This document shows, piece by piece, positions 1 through 11,070 of a DNA stretch of 64,000 nucleotides. Position numbers and translations under genes: made by a program. Every line of letters starts with the position of its first letter. Position 1 is the stretch's first letter. The stretch lies in contig JBODTK010000012.1 of the NCBI GenBank assembly GCA_050613775.1, positions 496,001-560,000 on the forward strand, given 5' to 3'. Below the pieces are notes generated by a model that saw only the letters and a list, made by a program, of their open reading frames with translations, did no database searches and was not told the origin of the DNA. The stretch is from Neocallimastix sp. 'constans'. Taxonomy: Eukaryota.

Positions 1-1790
1 CAATGCAAATCAAAGGAGAAAAATTAATAATAATATGGGAACAAACATCATGTTTACTCAAAATCATACTAATAATAATGTATTATTGAATCACCCCTTT
101 TTACGAAAATCTTCACTCAAGACAACTACCAATGAATCAAGATGGAAATAATACCTTTATTAGAGAAAACAATTGGAATTTTAGAGCTAGCTCATGGAAC
201 AATAATAACTCTAGGAATCCAAATTATTCGTATCATGCGGTAAACTTAAGAAATAATAGAAATTATTATTCAAATAACAGTAATAATTACATTAATAGAA
301 TGCCAAGAAGGAATTCAATAAAATGGATATAATAATAAAATCAATTATGATAGGCATTCGAACAATAACAAAATCAACAATCCTTATATGAATTTTAATA
401 AAATGAATAATACGAACAAAATGAGTAATAATCAATTACTCAATGAAGGAGAAGAAAACCAAAATAATATTGATTTAAAAAATATAAATAATATGATGAC
501 TAATAATAATAAAGAATATAATAAACAAATGACTAATGGTAACACAATTAACACTAATAATATGACTCAATCGTTTAGCTACCAAAATAGGAAAAAAGTA
601 TCATAATAGAACAGAAAACAACAATGTCATTAATACCTTAGTAACCAAAAATAATAATAATTTTAATGATGATAAACAATTATCATGTGAATTGTTATCG
701 TTGTACATTGGAGGGACATAGAGCTTCAGAATGTCCGTACAAATTCAAACAATTGGCTGAAATGGAAGAACAGGGTTTGAGTAATAAACCTTTAAACCAA
801 TAAATGGGAGAAGGATAACTTCCATTAACCAAACCAAAAAAATAATGTTCAAAAATAATGACTCATGTAACAATAAAAATAATATAATGACAATGGTAGA
901 TGATCAAACAATACTACTAATAATTAATAATAGTATTAATGAAAAACAAAATTGTAATTACCTTAACATAAACAATAATAATAATACTACACAAAATATA
1001 TTAAATAGACCAATTGAAATTGTAACAGCAGCTACTCGAAATTCAAGAAATAATATTAGCAAATATAATGAAAAGTCATACAATAGAAAAGAAGTGAGAT
1101 TTAATTTAAAAGACAATCCAAAACCAATACAAACGGCAGCTATGAGTCATAATAATATTAATAAGAATAATAATAGTAATAATAATTATAATATTAAAAA
1201 TAAAAATAATACCAATTATAGTAATACGAATGCTAATAACAATTATAATAATATTAATAATCATAATAATAATATGAATAATGATCATGAAAATAATAAT
1301 ATGAATAATAATAATAAAATTAATTATAATATAGATAATTATAATGGCAATAATAACGACAGTAATAATGAAGAAAATAATATTTATAATACCTTTAAGG
1401 AAAATATTGACATAAATAATGATGATTATATTACTAATAATATAAACACTAGTCAAACAGTTGAACTAGGAAGTATAGAATCTAATGAATTGTAATCATG
1501 ATAGAAGAATCTGAAAATAATGAAAACAATGGTGATGCTGATGAAAGTAATAATATTAAAAATCATAATAAGTCCTTATTATGATAATGTAGAGAATTCC
1601 ATTAGAGCAAATAATAAAAATAAGAATGAAGCTCCTAATAAAAAAAAATTGTAATACGCAAAAACTAGAGTATCTTGATCCTTCTTTTATCACAAAAAAA
1701 AAATATTAGAAAAGTTAAAAACAAAAATAAAGAAGAGAGAATTAAAGATATAAAAAAATAAAATGAAAGAAATGAATACCAATACCAAGA
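1..1790 (+). mobile_element. Decayed Ty3/gypsy-like LTR retrotransposon fragment 1 (gag C-terminus, frameshift site, Asn-rich start of pol)
   Basis: CCHC zinc knuckle CYRCTLEGHRASEC at 693-734 and gag stop TAA at 801-803. A slippery heptamer and hairpin lead into the -1 frame ORF (845-1495). Surrounding ORFs are broken and boundaries are approximate. Confidence 0.7.
791..826 (+). promoter_or_regulatory. -1 programmed ribosomal frameshift signal (T TTA AAC + stem-loop)
   Basis: Heptamer TTTAAAC at 791-797 is in X XXY YYZ phase with the gag frame. After a 5-nt spacer comes an 8-bp stem AATGGGAG (803-810)/CTTCCATT (819-826) with one G-U pair. The -1 frame is open into ORF 845-1495. Confidence 0.75.
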
Positions 1791-2136
1791 CAAGTGAAAC
1801 TCCAATATATTATTTTTCTAAATTTTTTGATTTTTAAGAACTTTTTAGAAACTTTTATTTTTTATCTTTTAATAACTTAAACTTTTGAAAAAAAAATATA
1901 AATATGTGTAAAATTCATGATAAAAAATATTCTTTCTTTGTGTTTTTTATTTTAATTCTTTAGTTAATAAAACTTAATTTTTAATAAAACTTTTTGTAGA
2001 AAATATTAATACTATATCAACCCTTGCGGCTTATAGTATCGTAATAAATATAAATAAATAAAATTTTTAAAAAATAAATAAATAAAATCATAAAGTGATT
2101 TTTTATTTTCTGTGTTTTTAATTTTATTATAATATT

Positions 2137-4735
2137 TTGTTATACTTATATTATATTAATGCCTTTAGAAACTGGCCAAGAATGTACGAACATTTATTAG
2201 AAGAAGAACCAAAATCTTTAAAAGAAGACATGGACTTCACTGCAAAAAAAGAAAAAAAATTTAATATACTAGGGGATAATAAACAAAAGTCAAAAGCATC
2301 TACTTCTAAAAATTCTTATAATTGTAAAAACAATAATAAAGGAACAATAATAGTACTGATAATAATAATAATTTCAGACCATTCTATAATAATATTCCAA
2401 ACAATAATAATAATTACTTTAATAAATACTCATCATCACTATATACTAAAACAAACAATAACAATAATCTAACGACTAACAAAAATTTTTATAATCCAAT
2501 TGAACTTAATAATGGAGTTGAACAAAGAAGAACAACTTTAAAAGGTTCTCAATATACTAATAAAGAATTAGATGATATAACTGGAAAACTGTCTGAATTA
2601 AAAATTAACCTTTGCATAAATTGTCAAAGAATTGGCCATGTTGCTGAAGAATGTCCAGAATTAAATCATTTAAATTAGTTATCGGGAGTACTCAATCTCC
2701 CGAGATAACTAAAATTGTAACTAACAACTATGATCAAGAAAATATTATAGAATATGAAAGAAACAATAATTATATGATTAATACAGTTCAAAAGAGAAAA
2801 TCACCAAGTAAGAATTCATTGGATAAAAATAAAATATCATCAAGTAATAAATCTATAGTAAAACCTTCTATTTTAAATCAACCAAATATAAAAGCCGTTA
2901 AACAACAAAAGAAAGCCATTAGAGATAAAGGAAGAAGAGAAATTACAAATGATGTAGAAGACATGGATATATTTAATGATAATATTACGCATGAAGAATC
3001 TAATAATAATAGTGAAAGTATTCAAACAACCAATTTTGACCAACCCCAATCTAATACTCCTAAAGAAATTAATTATCAAAATAATAATTCAAATACTATA
3101 CCAGAAAATGTTAAAACAAAATGTAAACGAAACATGACCGAAATCCAAATGTTGAAACCTGAAAATAAATTCAATATTTTGGAAGAAGCCAATAATTTAT
3201 ATTCTAAAATAAGCCTTACACAATTATTATCAGCAAGTCTATTCATAAGAAAAGACCTAGAACAAGGTTGTAAACCACGAGTTGAGAAAATACTTTATAC
3301 TATTCAAAATTTAAATATTCCTATATTATGTGGAAAAATAGGAAAAAAAATCAGTCAAAATACTTTTCGACACAAGTGCAAGAGTTAACATTATAACTAA
3401 AAATTCACTTGAAGAACTAGAAAATGTAACCATTAATAATTGTGACCTTTCTGAAACTATTCCAATTGCCGATGGTAAAATACTTCATACTAATTCTTAT
3501 ATAAATTTAAAAATAACTATTAATAATAACTTAACTGTGAATGAAAAATTCTACATAATAGATTATACAAATCCATTCTTTAATATTATATTAGGAAGAG
3601 GTATACAAAAGAAATACAGGCTATATATAGATCCTGATGAGTCTATATCAGAAAACAAAAAAAGGTCCTAAACATATAACACGGGTATGCATCAATACCT
3701 CTAACATTACTCCATTATGCAATACTCTTGTAATTGAAAAAGATGAAAACAAAGAATTTATCGATAAACTTGAAGAAATATATAATTCACTTCCATCTGA
3801 AGTACGAGAAAAATTTGAAGGACTTATAAAAAAATATAGAAGTTGTATGGCTACTTCATTAACTCAATTAACAACAGCAAATTTAGAGCCACATAAAATT
3901 TCAACCACCACGGATATTCCAATAAAATTAAAACCATATAAATTATCCAAGGAACTTTCCGACGAACTAAAGCAAGTAATTACTAAAAACATCAGAAGTA
4001 CTCTTTTGCAAAAGGAGGAAGACAAATTAGAACACCCAATTTGCTGTATAAGTAGGACATTGTCAATCAACAATAACAAACCAATAAAATTTATAACTGA
4101 TTAAAAGCCAATTTTAGGTTTGCTCAAGAAAAGTATTCCTAACAACAATAGACATGCTTGTTGGATAGAAGAATTCAATAATTACAAAACCAACCTAGTT
4201 TATGAAAAAAGAAAACGAAATCTTTTTGCTGATATTTTATCTGGACTACTATCAAAAGTCTCTAATTCAATAATAAATTATGTGAAAGCAATACTTATTG
4301 ATTTTATTCCAAATAATACTTGGTCACTAAAAGTAATGTTTCCTGATATATATAAAGACCCAAACGAAACCGAAGAAGATTATATTTTTCGAAGATTTTT
4401 AAGACATCAAAAATGGGTAAAAGAAGTTACTGAATATTCTGAACATGCCAACAAATACTGGGAACATAGAATTGGATTTAATAAAGCATTAAGAAAAACT
4501 TATACACCAGGAGATTATGTATTGATTAGACTAGTAGGAAGAAGCAAATTAAATCCTTATTTTTATGGACCATTCAAAGTAGTTAATAAACAAAAATTCA
4601 ATACTTGAGTTCTTGAAGATCCACAAACTGGAAAACACCTTGAAAGAAATGTTCACATAAAAAATGTTTTCCCTTATGTACTACAAGAAAATGATACAAC
4701 TTCAAGGGACGAAGTTGACTCTTAAGGGCCGAGAA
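2137..4735 (+). mobile_element. Decayed, internally deleted Ty3/gypsy LTR retrotransposon 2 (gag-PR-RT/RNaseH-IN remnants)
   Basis: Zinc knuckle CINCQRIGHVAEEC (2613-2654); aspartic protease motif KILFDTSARVNII (~3357-3395, frameshifted); pre-RT motif PHKIST..PIKLKPYKLS; RNase H motifs HPICCISRTLS, FITD*KPI, RHACW, NLFADILS; integrase C-terminal GDYVL...KLNPYFYGPFKV. Domain order PR-RT-RH-IN is gypsy-type. RT core and integrase core are deleted. Confidence 0.9.
2669..2709 (+). promoter_or_regulatory. -1 programmed ribosomal frameshift signal (T TTA AAT + stem-loop)
   Basis: Heptamer TTTAAAT at 2669-2675 sits directly before gag stop TAG 2676-2678. Perfect stem TCGGGAG (2682-2688)/CTCCCGA (2697-2703), with alternative pairing GTTATC/GATAAC. 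The -1 frame is ORF 2651-3388. Confidence 0.8.
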
Positions 4736-5368
4736 ATTGATAAATAACGAAATTATAATTTATTATTTATTTACTTAATATAATATTTTTATTATTAATT
4801 TTATTTATTTATTGTTTATTTATTTAATTCTTTCTTTTATTTTTTTTTTAAATGTTAACGCTTATAAATAAAGTGTTTATTAGAAAATTTTTTGATATTT
4901 AAAATTTAAAAAAAAAGAAAAAAGAAAAAAATTAACAACCCATGTAATATTTATTTCTTGTTTTATTTATTTAATTATTTACAATTATTTAAAAAAAAAT
5001 TAAAAATATGGTTCATAAGAATTAAAATTTATTTACAAGCCACGTTCCGAAATGTAACACATTCATTTAAACATAATTTGGACTATTATAAACAAAATAA
5101 ATAATTAAATTATACTGAATTAATAATTAATAATAATCTATAATAATTTAAATGATCTATTAGTTTTAGATAAGTTATTATAATAATTATTAGTGATTAG
5201 TCAACTAAATAAGCTCGAAAAGATTTTAAGGAATTCTTTACAATTCTAAAGATTGCTGATAAGAATTTTTATTAGTTTTAAGATCTTAAATCATTTTATC
5301 TTTAAATTCATTTATTCTTAAATTATTTTATTAATAATTATATAGTTATTTTATTGAAAGATTCTAAT

Positions 5369-5748
5369 GGGTGTGGGGCATTTCGCCAAATTACATTTCG
5401 CCAGATTGCATTTCGCCAATTTTTTTGAAAGCATGTGGCGTATTAAAAAAATGTGGCATTTCGCCAAATTGCAATTCTCCAAGTTGCATTTCGCCAAATT
5501 GAAAATTATTAAATAAATAAATAAATCAATAAATAAAATTAAATATTATTAATATCACATAAAAACAATTTTAAAAAAATATATTTTGAATTAATATTTA
5601 TTTATTTAATCATTTATTTATATCAATACTCTACTTGTCGAAATGCAACCTGGCGAAAAGCAACTTGGGGAAATGCAACATTTTAATACTACGCCACTTG
5701 GCGAAATGCAACCTGGCGAAATGCAATTTGGGGAAATGCAACTCTCCC
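5369..5748. mobile_element. Mutator-like (MULE) non-autonomous MITE, 380 bp
   Basis: Perfect 9-bp TSD GATTCTAAT (5360-5368 and 5749-5757). Ends are GGG...CCC. Terminal inverted repeats are built of 15-bp tandem units (GCATTTCGCCA.. on the left, TGGCGAAATGCAA on the right). Confidence 0.9.
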
Positions 5749-6188
5749 GATTCTAATCAATATTGTATTATTATGTTATATATAGTTCTTTTACATATAT
5801 ATATACATATTAATTTTAAATGTATTAATTACTTATATTGTTGAATATTATTTTAAAGTAGTGTATAAAAAGGGATTGAAATTTCAATTTCTTATAATCT
5901 TTGTAAAATTGTTAACTAAATTATCCCATCCTAACTAATTTAATTAATTATAATTACTTGATACTTAGTATTAATCTTAGTAAAATTTATTAAAACATTA
6001 AATAAAATCTTCTATTTAAACTTAAATTTAATTATTGAATTTCTTAATTTATAAAACCTTGCGTGCAATAATTTATTTTATTTTTATTTAATTGTTATAA
6101 TTAATAAAAAGACCATAACCTGACCAATATAACTCAAACTTAAAAACTTATTCTAACCTATAATAAAATTAACATTAGTTGTTCTTAA

Positions 6189-6428
6189 TTTTATAATTTT
6201 AGTTTGATTAAGTAAAAATAATTTAATATTTTATAATTTTAGTTTGATTAAGTAAAAATAATTTAATATTTTATAATTTTAGTTTGATTAAGTAAAAATA
6301 ATTTAATATTTTATAATTTTAGTTCGATTAAGTAAAAATAATTTAATATTTTATAATTTTAGTTTGATTAAGTAAAAATAATTTAATATTTTATAATTTT
6401 AGTTTGATTAAGTAAAAATAATTTAATA
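6189..6428. repeat. 40-bp minisatellite, ~6 copies
   Basis: Unit TTATAATTTTAGTTTGATTAAGTAAAAATAATTTAATATT repeated head to tail; one copy has a T>C variant. Confidence 0.95.
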
Positions 6429-6726
6429 ATTAATAAAAAACATATTTCATAATTCTTTTCCTATGTTGTCGCATTATTGTGTTTATTATATAATAAACTC
6501 TAATAAATAAAGATATGTATTTTTATATTTTTTTTATTTTTTTCTAATAATTAATTAATAATTGATTATTGATTATTAGATTGATATAATAACTCTTTGT
6601 ATTACAATAATAACTCCTAGTTTAATGGATTACTTAATAATTTTAAGAGATAAGCATTACAATAATAACTCTTAGGATAAATACTACTATTTAGTACTAA
6701 ATAATATCTAATAATTTGATGATAAC

Positions 6727-6809
6727 ATAAAAATTATACCTTTAATTTCTTAATTAATAATTGATAAATAATTAATTATTAATTTAGAAATTAAAGGTAT
6801 AATTTTTAT
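6727..6809. repeat. Near-perfect palindrome / hairpin
   Basis: ATAAAAATTATACCTTTAATTTCT (6727-6750) is the exact reverse complement of 6786-6809. Pairing extends inward another 11 bp after one mismatch. Confidence 0.85.
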
Positions 6810-7145
6810 AATACTAAACACAATCTTTAATATTAATATTAAGAATAAAAGTTTTTGTGGCATTAGATATCCCTTTTTCGAAATCACAATGTAAATTAAT
6901 TGTAATTATTACAATATTGTTTACTAAATTTTTTAGTATTATTTTCATCTCTTTAAATAATATTTTATGAGCAACTTATTTAATATAAAAAAAGAATATA
7001 AAATCTATTTAACTCAGGAACATAATTTCTTGTTACAAATACTTGATAACTATATTTTAATGCAACGTAAAATGTACACTTGGCAAATATGTCTTAATTA
7101 TAATGTGGAAAAAGTTTTGCTTAGAATGGGGATTGAAACATTGTT

Positions 7146-7536
7146 AGATTAAGGTTTTTGAATATCATAAAATCCTCATCTCTTTTTGTTTTTTGATATT
7201 CTGATACATCAGGAATTTCATTAAATGTTTGCTATTTTAGGATTTAATTGATTATTTATACTTCTTATTATTTGAGATCTAATTATGTTATATTCAGGTC
7301 ATATAAAATTCATTTTTTGAGAGGCTTCATTAAACGTATGTTTAGGTTTTATATTTAAAGGAATTGAACTTTTTCTTATTTTTTCTTTAATTTTATAATT
7401 ATATGCTTTGTTATAGATATAGATTTATTAAATTCTTTTTCGAGATGATAATGTAAACTTTCATGCTTTAAAATCTCATTCTTATCATTTAAATTAATAA
7501 AATATTTACATTTATTTATAGTTATATATTCAATAT
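7146..7536 (-). pseudogene. MULE transposase N-terminal relic (copy A)
   Basis: Minus strand reads NKCKYFINLNDKNEILKHESLHYHLEKE...EIPDVSEYQKTKRDEDFMIFKNLNL. It is clearly homologous to copy B at 8.5-8.9 kb, contains stops and a frameshift, and is cut off at the TIR at 7537. Confidence 0.75.
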
Positions 7537-7989
7537 GGGGAGGTTGCATTACGCCAATTATTTCACGTGATATATATAAATTTGTGGCTATATATATTTT
7601 ATGCTACATAATATAATTTTATTGTATTATTTTGTTATTTCAAATTTTAAATTAATTATTAAGTGAATAATTAAATAAATCATATAATGGTTAGATTTTA
7701 TGATTTTAATTCTTTTATTTAAATGCTATAAATAAAAAAATTATATAAAAATATAAATGTTATTAAAAATATAAATATTATTAATAATACTTCTTTTATT
7801 TAAATGTTATTAAAAAAAATAATAATTATAATGATAAAATTATTAATTATAGAGACGTATTTGAATATTTATTTAAACTGTATAAATTTAATAAGCTTTA
7901 TAAATTAAATTTTTGAATGACAGAATTCTGATTATTTCGTTTGGTTATTCCTCATTTTTTAATTATTTATTATAAAATAATATTTATAT

Positions 7990-8960
7990 TATATTATTTA
8001 AATCAGTTAAACAATCAAACCACAAATTAATATTATTATTTCTATCACATTTAGCATCAATTAACTTGGTTTTAATATTTTTGTAGGGTTTAATTAAGAC
8101 ACTGATTTCATTAGCTTTATTTATTGCTCTTTTTTTTATTTTCTAAATTCCTCTTATTTTTCTTTGATAATCATAATATGGTAAATGTTCAAGTTCATTT
8201 AATTTATCTATTAATTTATAATAAGATGGTATTGTTATAAATAAATTATTTAAATAACTATTGATTCTTCAATTATAATATTATTGTTACATGTATTAGC
8301 ATTTTTTTTTAATTTTTTAAATATTTTATATATTTCTTGTTCTTTATTTTGTAATATTGCAAAAGAAGTAGTGTAAAAACTATCTAATTCTTTAGCGTAA
8401 GTTCTTGTAATAAATATTTGATAACTAAATTTAGGGGCATTAAAAAATGTACCATCAACAAATATATCATCATTATATTCCCTAAATAATTTTACTTGAA
8501 AAGGAGATTGAAAAATTATTAAATTAATATTTTTTGAATATCATAAAATTTTCACCTCACCTTGTTTTATAATATTTAGATTCATTAGGAATTTCAGTAA
8601 ATGTTGTTACATTGGATGGTAGTTTTTATTTAAATTTCTTGATATTTGGGATTTAATTGAATTATATTATGAACATATAAATCTCATTTCCTTAGAAATT
8701 TTATTATATAGGGGTTTTATTTTTATACCATAAGGAATTGAACTTTTTTTCAATTCCATCTTTAATTTTATGTTTCATTATAGATAGAGATACATCGTAT
8801 TCTTTTTCAGGATGATTATGTGAACTATCATATTTTAAGATTTCTTTCTTATTATTTAAAATAATAAAAGATTTACATTTATTTCTGCACATAAACTTTT
8901 GAATTATCTTTTCTTATATATGAAAGATTAAATTTATATTTTTTATTAATAATAATTTAT
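7990..8960 (-). pseudogene. MULE (Mutator-like) transposase pseudogene with FLYWCH-like N-terminus (copy B)
   Basis: Minus strand has YKFNLSYIRKDNSK..NKCKSFIILNNKKEILKYDSSHNHPE (C..C..HNH finger), IIFQSPFQVKLFREYNDDIFVDGTFFNAPKFSYQIFIT...YTTSFAILQNKEQEIY (DGTF catalytic motif at ~8445-8456), and a C-terminal remnant NSYLNNLF..PSYYKLIDKL. It is frameshifted with an internal deletion. Confidence 0.85.
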
Positions 8961-9125
8961 TTTTTTCCTTTGTTAGACTCACTTATATCAATAATATGAT
9001 TTTTTCCTTTTCTATATTTTTATAAATATTTTTTTTATTATATAATTAAAATTATTATATTAATTATCCAATATTATTCTAAATACTAATTTTGAAAAAT
9101 TAGTTTTTCAATTATTTGTAAAAAG

Positions 9126-10898
9126 AAATAAATAAATAAAGAATGCAATAGTAAGTACAAATATACAAAATAAAATAAAATAAAATAAATAGTAGAATAT
9201 AAATATAAGTACAGATTGAATAAAATAAAATAAAATAAAATAAATAGTAGAATATAAATATAAGTACAGATTGAATAAAATAAAATAAAATAAAATAAAT
9301 AGTAGAATATAAATATAAGTACAGATTGAATAAAATAAAATAAAATAAATAGTAGAATATAAATATAAGTACAGATTGAATAAAATAAAATAAAATAAAT
9401 AGTAGAATATAAATATAAGTACAGATTGAATAAAATAAAATAAAATAAATAGTAGAATATAAATATAAGTACAGATTGAATAAAAAAAAATAAAATAAAT
9501 AGTAGAATATAAATATAAGTATAGATTGAATAAAATAAAATAAAATAAATAGTAGAATATAAATATAAGTATAGATTGAATAAAATAAAATAAAATAAAT
9601 AGTAGAATATAAATATAAGTATAGATTGAATAAAATAAAATAAAATAAAATAAAATAAAATAAAATAAAATAAAATAAAATAAATAGTAGAATATAAATA
9701 TAAGTACAGATTGAATAAAATAAAATAAAATAAATAGTAGAATATAAATATAAGTACAGATTGAATAAAATAAAATAAAATAAAATAAAATAAAATAAAT
9801 AGTAGAAATATGAATATAAAGTACAGATTTAATAAAATAAAATAAAATAAAATAAAATAAATAGTAGAAATATGAATATAAAGTACAGATTTAATAAAAT
9901 AAAATAAAATAAAATAAAATAAAATAAAATAAAATAAAATAAAATAAAATAAAATAAAATAAAATAAAATAAAATAAAATAAAATAAAATAAAATAAAAT
10001 AAAATAAAATAAAATAAAATAAAATAAAATAAAATAAAATAAAATAAAATAAAATAAAATAAAATAAAATAAAATAAAATAAAATAAAATAAAATAAAAT
10101 AAAATAAAATAAAATAAAATAAAATAAAATAAAATAAAATAAAATAAAATAAAATAAAATAAAATAAAATAAAATAAAATAAAATAAAATAAAATAAAAT
10201 AAAATAAAATAAAATAAATAGTAGAATATAAATATAAGTACAGATTGAATAAAATAAAATAAAATAAAATAAAATAAAATAAAATAAAATAAAATAAAAT
10301 AAAATAAAATAAAATAAAATAAAATAAAATAAAATAAAATAAAATAAAATAAAATAAAATAAAATAAAATAAAATAAAATAAAATAAAATAAAATAAAAT
10401 AAAATAAAATAAAATAAAATAAAATAAAATAAAATAAAATAAAATAAAATAAAATAAAATAAATAGTAGAATATAAATATAAGTACAGATTGAATAAAAT
10501 AAAATAAAATAAATAGTAGAATATAAATATAAGTACAGATTGAATAAAATAAAGTAAAATAAAATAAAATAAAATAAATAGTAGAAATATGAATATAAAG
10601 TACAGATTGAATAAAATAAAATAAAATAAAATAAAATAAAATAAAATAAAATAAAATAAAATAAAATAAAATAAAATAAAATAAAATAAAATAAAATAAA
10701 ATAAAATAAAATAAAATAAAATAAAATAAAATAAAATAAAATAAAATAAAATAAAATAAAATAAAATAAAATAAAATAAAATAAAATAAAATAAAATAAA
10801 ATAAAATTAAATAAATATTGAATGTAATAATATAAAAGTACTAATATATAAAATAAAATAAATATTTATCATTATTTTTTATTAAAGAATATTAAAGA
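9126..10898 (+). repeat. Composite satellite, left arm of foldback: (TAAAA)n punctuated by ~35-bp units
   Basis: About 17 units of type A (TAAATAGTAGAATATAAATATAAGTACAGATTGAA) or type B (TAAATAGTAGAAATATGAATATAAAGTACAGATT), separated by variable numbers of TAAAA pentamers. Confidence 0.95.
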
Positions 10899-11070
10899 TA
10901 ATTTATTTTTAAAAATAAAACGTTTTATTTAATTACATGTTAGAAAGCAAAAAAATCATTTATATTTAATGAGATTATTAACAAACAATAATATTGTTTT
11001 ATATATTAAATTACATCATCATCAATTGAATACAATAAAAATGTAAAAAATTTTCATTTCTGAAACATTG

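Noticed and set aside
5635..5844. ORF with repeated AKCNL motif
   Set aside because: Translation of the MITE's 15-bp TIR units.
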